Source: Narcine bancroftii
Taxonomy: Eukaryota
DNA: 64,000 nt
Direction of reading: 5' to 3'
NCBI RefSeq assembly: GCF_036971445.1
Contig: NC_091477.1
Location: forward strand, 5,208,001-5,272,000
Shown here piece by piece: positions 11,327-24,385 of the stretch. The stretch's first letter is position 1. Each line of letters opens with the position of its first letter. Below the pieces are notes generated by a model. That model made no database searches, was not told the DNA's origin, and saw only the letters and a program-made list of their open reading frames with translations. The translations under genes and the position numbers were made by a program.

Positions 11327-13783
11327 ATGAAATATAAAATATATTGGCTGCTAAAATGCCAGGCATTGTGCTGTGTGTTCTTCCCGTTGAGTCTTGTATC
11401 TGGCCTGATTCGTTATTCTGTCCCTGAAGAGCAGCAACTGGGAGCCTTTGTTGGGAATATTGCTGCCGATTTAGATTTAGACGTTAAGCTGCTGTCGGCC
11501 CGCGTTTTCCGAGTGGCGCCCGGACCAAGAAAGCAGTATTTCGACGTAAATCTGGAGAATGGTATTTTATTTGTGAAGGAAATAATTGACAGGGAGCTGC
11601 TTTGTGGATCGAATGTAGATTGCCGCTTATCCTTTGATGCTGTGCTTGAAAATCCTTTGAGCCTTTACCAGGTGGAAGTGGAGATCCTCGATGTAAATGA
11701 TAATGCCCCCGTTTTCCCAAAAAGTCAGTTTCGCCTTGAAATTTTGGAATCTGCGGCACCGGGAATGCGATTTCCCCTTGAGCCCGCACTAGATCCGGAT
11801 ATTGGAACGAACTCCTTGCAAACCTACCAGCTACCTTCGAACCAATATTTTACTCTCAACGTACAAACGCGCAGAGGAAAGGGGACGCGGCCAGTGTTGT
11901 TGTTACAGAAACCCTTGGATAGAGAATCCATATCTATCCACAATATTACGCTAACAGCCAAGGACGGCGGCTTGCCTCCGAGATCTGGAATGGTTCAAAT
12001 TATAATCACAGTGCAGGATGTAAATGATAACTCGCCTGTTTTCTCTCAGTCTACTTACAAGGTTAGTCTATTTGAAAACGCAGCGAAAGGTGCCTTAATC
12101 ATCCGGTTAAACGCCACTGACCTGGATGAAGATGACAATGGAGAGATAATGTACTCATTCAGTAGTCATATTTCTGCCACAGCTCGTAATCTTTTCGCTA
12201 TAAATCCAAAAACAGGTGAAATCAGGCTCAAAGGGAACTTGGATTATGAAGAAAACACTGCCATTGAGATTAACATACAAGCAAAAGATAAGGGTCCTGG
12301 CGCTATCCCTGAGTACTGCGATGTACTGGTCGAAATTACTGATGTTAATGACAATCCACCAGAGGTGACATTACGGTCTTCCACAAGTACAGTTCCTGAG
12401 AACGCTCCACTCGGCACCGTGCTGGCTTTATTTAGCGCAGAAGACAGAGACTCCGGAGAAAATGGTGATGTACATTGTCAAGTCTCAAAGCTTTTGCCAT
12501 TTAAGTTGGATTCATCGATTAAAAACTATTACAAAATTGTTATCCAGGATTTGTTGGATCGCGAAACGATCCCCAAATACGATATTCCTATAATATGCAC
12601 GGATTCAGGGAACCCATCACTCACTTCTAGAAAAACTATCCGAGTTGAGGTTTCAGACATAAATGACAACACGCCGACATTTACCCGCCCCGTATACACT
12701 GCAAATGTTCACGAAAACAATGGTATAGGGGCTTCTATATTTTCGGTGACTGCCTTCGATCCAGATGCTGGACAAAACGCTCGTCTGAACTTTTCTATCC
12801 TTCCATCTCAAATTAAGAATTCCTCAATAACTTCTTATGTCTCCATTAATTCAGCGACTGGTGTCCTGTATGCTCAGAGAGTATTTGACTACGAGCATCT
12901 GAAAACATTCCAGATTCATGTTGAAGTGCGAGATTCTGGTGCGCCAGAACGAAGCAGCAATGTTTCCGTCAATGTTGTGATCCTTGATCGGAATGACAAC
13001 GCTCCAGTGATTACACAGCCTTTACCCGAATATGGGTCCACAGCAATAGAAACAATATCCAGGTTTGCAGAACCAGGATATTTGGCTGTCAAAGTAAATG
13101 CCATGGATGCCGACGCTGGTCAGAATGCTCATCTCTCTTATCAGATTTTCCAGGATACCCGCCAGAGCCTTTTCACAATCTCCTCAGACACGGGAGAAAT
13201 TTGGACTGCCCGTCCAATTTTAAGCAATGATGCCTCTACTCAAAGGCTTGTGGTTGTTGTAAAAGATAATGGAATTCCAGCCCTCTCCGCCTCCGTGACG
13301 ATAGTATTTTCTGTTGTTGGGACGAACAGTGAAACGTTCTCCAGTGTCATCAGTTCTTCGTCAGATCGCCGCTTCAGACCTGAGCTGAGTCTTTCATTGG
13401 TTATTACCTTGGGAATTATATCTGCCACATTCCTCATAATTGTAATTATCCTTGCCGTTAAAGTTTACGCAAGCAGGAATGGTGTGTACGAGCAACAATC
13501 CCTGAGTACTTGTTGTTGCTTTGAATCAAGAAATTCTTTGAATGGAATTCAGAAGGCCAGCAAAAGTCTTCAGATAGCACCCAACTATGTTGATGTATTT
13601 GGGGGTGATCCACTCTCCCAAAGATTTCGCTACGAGTCATGTTCGACATTGCAGTCGACCAAGAGAGATTTTATTGTTCACAACAGGTTTAGAACTTCTG
13701 CAGACAACAACTGTGTGCTGAATGAATCGATCAGGAAAGATAGTTCTGTGATGGTGAATTCTGAAAATCACAGCGTCCCTGGG
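11327..13783 (+). CDS. Pcdh: Clustered protocadherin variable exon 2
   Basis: 839-aa ORF 11327..13846, six EC repeats, CGSNVDC, TM, conserved cytoplasmic motif. Phase-0 donor GGG|GTGAGT after 13783 (819 codons). Confidence 0.95.
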
Positions 13784-14939
13784 GTGAGTTACCTTTCGAT
13801 AAAGAAGAAAATCCTCACGGGTTTTATACGGATGCACGCAATATGAATGAATCAGATCCAGAGGTAAATCATTGTGACTCTCTAACTAAAACATCAATTA
13901 TTGAAAATCGGGAAGAAAAGAAATGTCTTCATCCATATTGAGCAGAGGAGTTGGCGTTTACTGGGAGAGAAACTCCGACCTATTTTGCAGGTGCGCTTTC
14001 ACATATAAAATGCAGCCTGCTCTAATGCAAAATTTAAAATGTGGTTATCTGGCATTGCTTTTCATGACTTCTTTCTGTGTTACAGATTTTTTTTTCCAAA
14101 CAAAATTTGTTTTTATTGTGATAGTTCTGGGACAAAGATTTTATGTAACCATGTAATCGTCATTCAAGAAGTTGTTTTTTTTTAATAGCCGTAGTTTTAA
14201 AAAGTATTTTTAATTCCGCTTACTGACATTATCATCTGTTGTTCAATTGATAACACACACAACTGGAACAGTTCTGACGGATCAAAAGGCAATTGACATG
14301 TTTGTCATCCAGTCTGGCACTGTGCATTTGCTGCTCCCGATGTAGTATCTTCTACATTTTTAAAGATAAATGTTGATTGAGTGAGCACTTTGCAGGATAT
14401 TTCAGTCATCATGTTGACCCTATGCTTGCAGTTTCCCTTCACTTTATTTAAGCACTCTACCTTCAACCTTAACTTTGGGCAACTTCCTTTTAAAGGCGCA
14501 CAATGTAACCTTGTAGAATAGTATCTCATCGTTACTGTCTGCACATTTCAACCTCGTATCTCAATTCAAAAATGTCAGACAACCACCATTTTGTTTTTCC
14601 ATTAGATCAGGCCAGATCAGGCAAGTACAAACATCGTTGTTCTGTATCGCATGCTACAATGTTCTATTTTCTGATTAAATGGCCTTTCATCTTGCAGGAT
14701 ATAATGTCCCCGAGCTGCCGAATAAGTGCTACTATCTAACGTGTCCTCACCTCCACTCATTCACGCACTATAATATTACTGTGTCATAACACGACTGTTC
14801 AGAAGAACGCAAGAAGCAGCAGAAGACCACTCAGCCCTTCAACCCTACCCTTCCCCCATTCAATTGGGGTTATAGCCTCTCAATGATAATATCTGTGGTA
14901 GCACCACTAGACCTGTGTACAGCAATATAGAACAATTCT

Positions 14940-15510
14940 GTTAATAAGCAGTGCTATGGCATTCTTTAAGTAGAGTTGGAGAGAGACATTTCTGCAGGTA
15001 AAAGTAACACTCCCGGACGGCGTGTGACCTCTTTGGTATCAATGCCAACAGTATATCGGAGAAGGCAAAAGACATTGTGGAATGGACGCTTGGGTATCCT
15101 AATATTCTAGGGTCTGTTGATATCAAGGAGGAGGAAGCGAAAATCTGTATCTCATTTCTAAGCTCATCCTTTATTGCCATTGGAGACGAGCCCTTCCATG
15201 TGGAGAAATTGCCAATGGAAATTAGTCCAGACAATTGTTACATCTTGTACTTTAAGAGGTGAGATGTGAGGGGATTTTAAGGCTTTGGAGAAATGGAGAA
15301 GATATTTGCCAGGGCGTTGCATGGATTAGAGTATTAGCCAATAAATAAAAGGACAACCCTGGATTGCATTTTCTGATATGTTGGTAGCTGAAGGTTGAAG
15401 TTTCAGAGTTATGAAAGCCCGGGATAAGTGGACAGATACTCTCTTTTCAGGGCAAAGATTTCAACTACTAGAAGGCATAAGTTTAATGTTAGAATGGGAA
15501 CGTTAAAAAA
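14940..15510. mobile_element. Decayed LINE fragments (minus-strand Rex1/Babar 3' end joined to plus-strand CR1 fragment)
   Basis: Similarity by eye to other LINE copies in the window. Confidence 0.45.
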
Positions 15511-17412
15511 TGACAGGTATTAAAGCCGGTAGTACGATAGTCGATAGTCGTGGTGGGCAACAAGCAGCCAGAGAATATTCTAACAATATACAGATTTTAT
15601 ACTTCTCATTGATTTTGATACAACGAAGGCACAGAAAGCCTTCGTGTTATAACCATAAACGCTATTGCGCTTGTGCAGTTAAAGCTGATAGGTAATGAAT
15701 TTTATCTTTAAAGAATATGCATTTAACAATGACAGAGCAGCAGAGTTTGAGAGTTTGTTATTAATGATGCCGGCGAAGTTCACAGCCACCATTTATCTTA
15801 TCTACAGTAAAATTGTTCCGTCATTTTAGTGGCAAACTCTGACATTTCACTTGGTGCCGGTGGCCACCAATTACTTTCTTATCTGAAGAAGACTGAAAGC
15901 AAAGTAACATCTTGTGGTCATCCGTAAAATTCGACATTCATAATATTGTATAATCGTTCATGAAATGATCATTACTTACATTACCGAGGCAATGCTTTGA
16001 GAATTGCCAGACTGACACTGTTTCAGTATTGTCAATCTCCAACAATGAATGATACCTTTATTGTGTTCATTTCTGAGATGTGTGTGTGTGTCTCCGTCAA
16101 GGAAGGCATTTCATTCATCTCTCAGGACTCTTAAGCAAGTTGTGGTGAGTCAGCCCTTGAACCGCCATAACCCTTCTGGTAATGGTTACATAAAGTTGGT
16201 GCAACATCCAAGGATATGTATCCGGTAGGCTTGACAAATAATGATATATTTTCATGTCAGTTTTTATGTCACTTAGTGAAGAACCAGACATGCAGCGTTG
16301 TTCAAACTGAGCAGAAGCATTAAATTTGATGTTTGTCAGATTTGTATCTGCATAAAGTGAAATTTTCATTGTACGTTTGCAGGGCTGTTTTAAACCATGT
16401 ACAATCGACCAGTGTTACTCTCCCTTTTGTTTTAGATAAGAATATTTCCAAGTTTAGACACAAACTAAACTGCGATTGTGTTGAGGTGGAATCAAAGTGT
16501 ATTAACATGTCTCTTGACAGCATTGTTTGCAATAGCTTCCATCGCCTTAAGGCTGCTTGAAAAACAAATTGAGTAGTGATACTTGACTGGATTAGAATTA
16601 CACCATTGTGATGGTCATGAAATATTTTTGAAATATTACATGGTGTTCATGAAAAATATTGAGCTGCTACTAAGCAGCCTCTTACATATAATGTCTACTG
16701 ATCTTTTGTAACCATTATATGTTGTGTTGCATAGCCTGGATGTCTTTGGTATGCATATTATGTTGTTAATGACAGAAGTAGATTTCCGAAGATACAATTG
16801 GAAGTGATGGCATTGAATGACAACGAATCTCTGTGTCATTCGTTTCTCTACTGGTGTGCAAGATGACAAACTCCTATGTTCAATGCATTCATACTTGAAC
16901 GATTATGGGAGGTGAAATCTTTATACACTTCACAATATACATAGAGAGCAATTACAGACTTTAGGATTTAATTCCAATCCGTATGTTATAGCTAGGTCGG
17001 TTATTTCTAAGATTTCTTTCGTCACCTTGATTAAACGATTGTTAAAATACTTCTTTAGTCAAACCATTTCCAGTTGAACTTCTGTTTTTATTGTTCAGTA
17101 GTTCATCTATGCATGCTGTTGAGAAGGTATCAATGATAAATAACAATGGCAAGTCTAATTTAATCTCGGAAGAGTTACATTCTACTGGACAAGAAAGGGT
17201 AGGACAAACTGTATGAATGGTAATTCATACAGGAATTCAAATGGATTTGGTGCACAAATCCAAATCTCCCTGAAGACGGCATTCTCATGAGTAAGAATGG
17301 GACCAAAGGAGGTTCTTCTATATGTTTATAAAAATCGGAAGGATACAAATGGTCACCAGGTGATTGAAATCACGTCATTAGAATGGAAAAATGCGAAAGA
17401 CTTGCACTAGAT

Positions 17413-17585
17413 CAGTGATTCCCAAACTTGTTCTTCCACACACACATCACTTTAAGGAATCCTTTACTAACCAAAGACCACCGATGGCATAGGATCAGTG
17501 GCATAGGATGGCATAGGTTCTCGGTGGTTTGTAAGGGATTATTTAAGTTGGTTTACGTGTGGTAAAATAAGCTTGAGAACCACTG
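17413..17585. mobile_element. hAT/Charlie-type MITE, monomer
   Basis: TIRs CAGTGATTCCCAAAC...GCTTGAGAACCACTG, internally palindromic. Perfect 8-bp TSD CACTAGAT (17405-17412 and 17586-17593) fits the NTCTAGAN-like Charlie target preference. Confidence 0.9.
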
Positions 17586-18927
17586 CACTAGATATTGCCT
17601 TGGGCGATGAGCTTCAGATATAAGAAAAGACCAAAGATGCTGGGTTTGTTTTATATGTGCTCCAGGGAGCCGAGGGCAAACCTGATTCAAGCATACAAAA
17701 TTTGATGAGCATAAACAAGGTTGTGTAGGATGTCTTGCCAGTAACTGAATTATCAGCTTCTTACCAGGCAATATTTAATTTGTGAAGGCCGTGTGATTCA
17801 GAAGGAAACAAGGAAAGATTTTTTCACATATATTATGGTGGGATTCAACAACACACAAGAGAGAATGGTAGATATTGAACCTCGAACACGTGAGAAAGAT
17901 GATCGTGAGAATTTGTTAACTTGAGTTGTCAGAGTGCAGAAGATGACAGAGTGCTTGAAAATGAAATGTATGTATATGCGTGTGGGTGGGGGGGGGGTGT
18001 TTTCAAAGGGGTCTGTTCCCGTGATCGATGACTCTATGATGTTCTTGAACTCCCATAGGCAACATGACAGTGCACTCACACTCAAACGTTTTTTTTTGTC
18101 GTGAGCTCTGAGAATTTGACTGTGATTATGGCAAGATGACAATATACTAACGACGTCCTGTTCGAAGGTATTTTGGATATTGATATGTTGTCACGCAGTT
18201 GTTAACTGGGTCCACCGAGGTTATAGATGCAGAGATTTAATAGATACTATTGAAACAACGCTAGGGAAATGCTACAATGCGTTTTATGGAGACCAGGCGA
18301 TCCCGGGATTTAATGGGGTTGTTTTATAAAGGGAATACCTATCTTCGATACGTATTCCCTTTAAAAAATATTGTTGAAATTGTATGTCTTAACAACTGGA
18401 AATTGCTCCATTCGTTATTTCCTACTGATGGAAATGTTTTGGAGAGTAAGGAAGGGGGACAGTCAGCTGAATTTCCACGGTATGACATATTATTGTTTTA
18501 CCCATGTTTGTCTCCCTGGATCGTCTTAATTTATAATCAGTAGTGACATCCTGGGTTATAATGCACGTTACTTTAACCATGCAATTCAAAAAAGGTTGGA
18601 TAATTTTCTGTTCTCGATAATGGTTATTTCCAATTTTTGTCAAGTTTGTGTCAGAAGACACAAAGAATGCCCTTTTAGTTTGGTACTCGTTTTCAGGTTG
18701 TGAAAGGATGTGGTGGAGATTTCATAAATTAACGTGGTGTATTCCAACAAACATGCCTCTTTCCAGCGGGTTCTTTAAGCATGTCACTGATCTTTCTTTC
18801 CACAGATGCTGCCTCCCCATATGGTTTACAACGTTTTCTAACGTTCTTTGTAACGTAACAAGTCATGTATATTTTAACATTTAGCACATTTCAACATGTA
18901 AACACGAAAAAAATAGAATATTTTCTG

Positions 18928-19110
18928 CAGTTGCCCTCAGGCTTTTCCTTTCCACTCACATACCATATTAAGGAAATTGTTACTCAACATAGAGCACCTA
19001 TGGCAGTGATCTTCAATTTTTCTTTACTCACGTACCACTTTAAGTAATCCCTTAAGGTGGTATGTGAGTGAAAAAAGGTACGCGAATAGAAAAAAAAGAT
19101 TGAGTACCTC
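18928..19110. mobile_element. Degenerate or nested copies of the same hAT MITE
   Basis: CCACTCACATACCA...AAGTAATCCCTTAAGGTGGTATGTGAGTG core; second CAGTGATCTTCAA end at ~19004. Confidence 0.7.
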
Positions 19111-19375
19111 TAATCTAATGAAACCAAGAGCTAATACCTTCTTGAATGATGAAGATAAATTCTTTATCCTCTACGAACAAGCAAAAGGTGTTGGTTAGAG
19201 AAGCAAAATAATCATAAATAAAATTGAAACGTTGAGCCGATTGTTGCTATTTATGTTTGTGTTACTTTAATCAACAAGGGTCTATCATAATTTAAGACTT
19301 AATATATTAATTTGAATATAAATTGCAAGAACTCGGACCTGCTGAAATTAACCAGAACAGGCGGAAATATATTTC

Positions 19376-19524
19376 AATTGCACAACCATAAATACAATAG
19401 TTCTGTTCAACTTTAAGTAAGTGTAGCTTTAAGAAAACATGGAGAATCCTGATTGGTCGAATATCAATGCGTTTCTGCACCAGTCAGGAGGCGAGGTGTG
19501 ATGAGTGATCCGCACAGCCCCTTC
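19376..19524 (+). promoter_or_regulatory. Variable-exon 3 promoter module
   Basis: AATTGCAC 19376; GCTTTAAGAA 19426-19435; ATTGG 19452; CCAGT (variant CCAAT) 19480; GTGATCCGCACAGCCCCTTC 19505-19524. Confidence 0.85.
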
Positions 19525-19777
19525 AGGACTCAGCGGCCATTATTGAAGATCAGACAGAGAGAAAACTAGATGACCAACAGCTCGGTGGGTTTTGCGCAAG
19601 ATTCCTCTCGCAACACAGCCAAAACAGGAGAATTTGAATCAAATAATTCGGGAGAATCGCAATAGGCATGAGTATTTTTTGTACAGCTTTTGTTCTATAT
19701 TACGCCGACGTACTGTTAAAAGGATAACAAAACAATACCATCTGGGCCTGAAAGCACTGGAATGACTTCCACTGGAA

Positions 19778-22231
19778 ATGAGATATAAAATATATTGGTT
19801 GGTAAAATGCTATTTGTTGTGCTGTGTGTTCTCCCCGTGGAGTATTGTGTCTGGGCAGATTCGTTATTCTGTCCCTGAAGAGCTGCATCTGGGAGCTTTT
19901 GTTGGGAACATCGCTACCGATTTAGCTTTAGATGTAAAGCAACTGTCCGATCGCAATTTGCGGATAGCGCCCGGACCAAGAAAGGAGTATTTCGGCGTAA
20001 ATTTGGAAAATGGGATTTTATTTGTGAAGGAAAGAATCGACAGAGAACTGATTTGTGGGTCGAATCTCGATTGTAGTTTATCTTTTAACGTTGTATTTGA
20101 AAACCCCCTGAGCTTGTATCCAATTGAAGTGGAGATTCTCGATGTAAATGACAATGCACCCGGTTTTCCAAACAGCACGTTTCGTCTTGAGATCGTGGAG
20201 TTGGCGACACCAGGAATGCAATTTCCCGTTGAACCCGCATACGACCCGGACATTGGTAGTAACTCGTTGCAAAGCTACCAGCTACAGCCGAGCGAATATT
20301 TCACTCTCGATATACAAATGCGCAGTGGGAAAGAAAGGCGGCCAGTATTGTTGCTGCAGAAGCCTTTGGACAGAGAAACGGTGGCAACACACAACGTAAC
20401 GCTGATAGCAAAGGACGGTGGTTTGCCTCCTAGATCGGGAACAGTTCAGATTGTAGTTATAGTGAAAGATGTGAACGACAACGCGCCTGTTTTCTCTCAG
20501 CCCACTTACCGAGTCAGTCTGTTGGAATCTGCACCGAAAGGGACACTGGTCATCACATTGAACGCCACTGATCTGGATGATGGCCTCAACGGAGAGATTA
20601 TATATTCTTTCCGTCGCCATATTTCTTCTACAGCAAGAAAACTCTTCCATCTGAACTCCAAAACTGGTGAAATCAGACTCGGTGGGAAATTGGACTATGA
20701 AGAAAACAATGCCCTTGAAATAAAAGTACAAGCAATGGATAGGGGTTCGGGCGCTGTTCCCGAGTACTGTGATGTATTGGTCGAAATTATTGATGTGAAT
20801 GACAATCCGCCGGAGGTGACATTAGGGTCTTCGTTAACTACAGTATCGGAGGACGCACCACCTGGCACTGTTGTTTCTCTTTTCACCGTAGAAGACAGAG
20901 ACTCCGGGCAAAATGGTCAGGTACACTGTCAAATTTCAAAGCAACTGCCTTTTAAGCTATTTTCATCCATAAGAAACTATTATAATATTGCCATAGAGCA
21001 TGCGTTAGATCGCGAAAATACCGCCAGCTATGATATTTTTGTAAGGTGCACGGATGCAGGTGACCCTCCTCTGACTTGTAAGAAAAGCATCCGCGTAGGG
21101 GTTTCAGACATAAATGACAATGCGCCAAAGTTTTCCCGACCCGTATTCACGGCAAATGTTCAAGAAAACAATGGCATTGGGGCTTCAATACTTTCATTGA
21201 CTGCCTTTGATCCAGATGTTGGACAAAACTCTCGACTGACATTTTCGATCCTGTCGCCGCAAGTTTGGAATTTCTCAATAACCTCTTATGTTTCGATTAA
21301 TCCAGCCACTGGTGTCCTTTATGCTCAGAGAGCTTTTGACTACGAACAACTGAAAAGCTTTCAGATACAAGTTCAAGTGCAAGACTCTGGTACACCAGCA
21401 CTCAGTAGTAACGCTTCCGTCAATGTTGTGATCCTAGATCAGAATGACAACGCTCCCGTGATTATACAGCCATTACCCGAATATAGATCAACATCAACAG
21501 AAATAATATCAAGGTTTGCAGAACCAGGATATTTGGTTTTAAAGGTATCAGCCACTGATGCGGACGCTGGACAGAACTCTCGACTCACTTATCAGATTTT
21601 TCAGGATACCCGCCATAGCCTTTTTACAATTTCCGCAGACACGGGCGAAATCTGGACCATCCGTCCAATTTTGAACAACGATAATTCTAACCAAAGACTG
21701 ATGGTTGTAGTAAAAGATAATGGAATTCCATCACTCTCTGCCACTATGACAATAGTATTATCTGTGGTTGGGACGGATAGTGAAACATTATCCAGTGTCA
21801 GCACTTCTTCGTCAGATCGCAGGTTCAGACCTGAGCTGGGTCTCTCGTTGGTTATTGCCTTGGGAATAATATCTACCATTTTCCTCTTAATTGTAATTAT
21901 CCTTGCCGTTAAAGTTTACTTGAATAGTATGGTGTACGAGCAACAGTACCCGAGCACGTGCTGTTGCTTTAAATCAAGAAATTCTTTGAATGGAATTCAG
22001 AAGGCCAGTAGAAGTCTTCAGATAGCACCAAACTATGTTGAGGTATTTGGGGGCGATCCGCTCTCGCAAAGATTCCGCTACGAGTCATGTTCGACATTGC
22101 AGTCTTCCAAAACAGATTTCATCGTCCCGAAGCGGTGGAGACCATCTACAGAAAATAACTGCGCGATGAACGTATCTTCCGGGAGTGACAACGCTGAAAT
22201 GATGATTTCTGGAATGTATTATGTTCCTGAG
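19778..22231 (+). CDS. Pcdh: Clustered protocadherin variable exon 3
   Basis: 820-aa ORF 19778..22240, six EC repeats, CGSNLDC, TM. Phase-0 donor GAG|GTGAGA after 22231 (818 codons). Confidence 0.95.
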
Positions 22232-23229
22232 GTGAGATGATTTTAAACAGAGAAGAAAATCTTCATTGTTTTTTTTTGGAAACACGAGGATTTGGCAGAA
22301 GCATCGGTGTTTAGATATATAAAGTACGGAAATATATTGAGCGGTTATTCTGTATATATTTTTCTTTAGATGTGTTATAGAATAATAAATATAACTAATT
22401 GTAGTGTGTTCATAGCAACACACATCCGCAATAATTATTTTTATTCCACAGATGCTGGTTTTTCTGCTAAATCCAATAATCGCTTTTTACCACATATTTG
22501 CCCAAACCAAACTGTGCTGTGCTTAACCACGTCCATCATTTCCCTTCTCACTAACGAAGCCCAACAAACCTCCAGGCCTCCCTTTGGCAGCACCGTTATG
22601 ACACCTCCACACGTCATTTCCCATTCTATCACGGAGATGCACTTTTTTTCTCTGCGCGCAAAACCATGTTTTGATGTGTAAATTGTTTTTTTTTATAAAC
22701 TACATGTGTCATTGCTTCCATACCCTCACCAAATATGTGGCGTTGCTTGTAGAGTATCCTTAACGCTTCTGCTCATTATGAACTCCTCTTAGTTTAAATC
22801 TTTATTTTTCTGGAGAAATTGGCATAATAATATTAATCTGCTCATTCGGAGAAAACGTCCTTTACACAAATGATGTTTTTACATCTTATTCCTCCTAAGA
22901 TCAGACATAATTAGCATATTGATACTCCCTGGACCAAAATAAAAAGCATCATCCAAGAGGAAAATCGTTATTAACAAATCAGCATTTTCAAATCATATTT
23001 TCTTGTTTTATTACACATGGGATTGGTAAAGAGCGTTTGGACAATTTGCTTGTGGTATCTGGTTGGAAATGTGCAGGAATATTTTAATTGCGTTGTAATT
23101 TCCTCAAACGAACGTCAAAATGTAAACGCCATTAGAAATAAATTGTTTCCGACATGTGGTGCTATGGTCGTCTACATTCCAAAATTGAACGGTTCATTGT
23201 GGAGGGATCAGCTACTGTGTCGTTGTTGC

Positions 23230-24385
23230 TAGACGTTATCAACAGGAACGGAGGCATCACTCTATTAGGAGCTCTATAGACCTCTCAATAGCCACTAGGA
23301 CACTGGGAAGCAGATAAGTAGGCAAATTCAGGGATTTTGTAAAAGAATAACAGGGTTATTGTTATGAGATACTTCCAGTTCCCAAATATTGACTAGCTCA
23401 TCCTCAGTGCAAAAGATTCAGACGAGGTAGAGTTTGTCAAGTATGCACAATATGTATTCTTGACGCATTAGGTGGACAGCCAACTGGAGGAGAGGTCATA
23501 CTGGATCTATCACTGGATAATAAAGTTAATCAGGTGACGCACCTCTCTCTGAGTGAGCATTTCAGAGATACTGACAATAGCTCCTTAACCTTTAGAATGG
23601 CCATGGACATGGTCGGGAGTAAACAAATTGTGAAAATGTTTAACTGATGAAGGGCAAATTACGATGGAATTAAGCAGGAAGTTGGGGATAAATTGGGAAG
23701 ATGTTCTCGGAGAAATCCATAGAAGAAATCTGAAGAGTGATTCGGGGCCATTTGAACTGGGTCCTGGATAAATGGTGCATGTAAATAATGAAAGGAAAAC
23801 GGTGCTTTTGTTAACAAAAGAGATGGGTCAAGGAAGTAAAGGTCTCATGGGCTCATAAGAATTATATCGTAGCCAGGAAGAAAAGCCTTAGGAACGGGAG
23901 AAGAGGGCATAAGAAGACGGTGACAAATAGGATTAAAGAAAAGCCTTGGGTGTTCTACACGTGTGTAAAGAACAGAAGGATGATTAGATTAAAGGTAGGA
24001 CCGAATTGGGCTATAAGGGAGACCGTGTGCCTGCAGGCAGAAGAGGCAGGAGAGAACCCAAAAGAATATTTGCTTCAGTATTCACCAAGAAGAGGGATCA
24101 GCATCAGTGTGGAACAGGCTCTTGCTAAAGCACATTGAGATTAAGAAAGAGGAAGTGCTAAAACCTTTAACAATTATTCGGTAGGTCGGTCCCTGATACC
24201 GAACGTGATATACACCATGCTATTACAAGAAGCGAGAGACAAGCATTGGCGGTGATATTTCCGGTGCTCCCTGGCCATAGGAGAAATGCAGGAGGATTGG
24301 GGAAAGACAAAGGTAATGTTTTTCTTCAAGAAAGGAAGGAAGCAGAATCTTGCGTATGATAGACCAGCGAGTCTTACTTCTGCAC
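23230..24385 (+). mobile_element. CR1 LINE ORF2 endonuclease-to-linker fragment
   Basis: Remnants ITLLGALYRP, IVMRYFQFPNID, ILDLSLDN, IKEKPWVFYTCVKNRR, FKKGRKQN. Confidence 0.75.
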
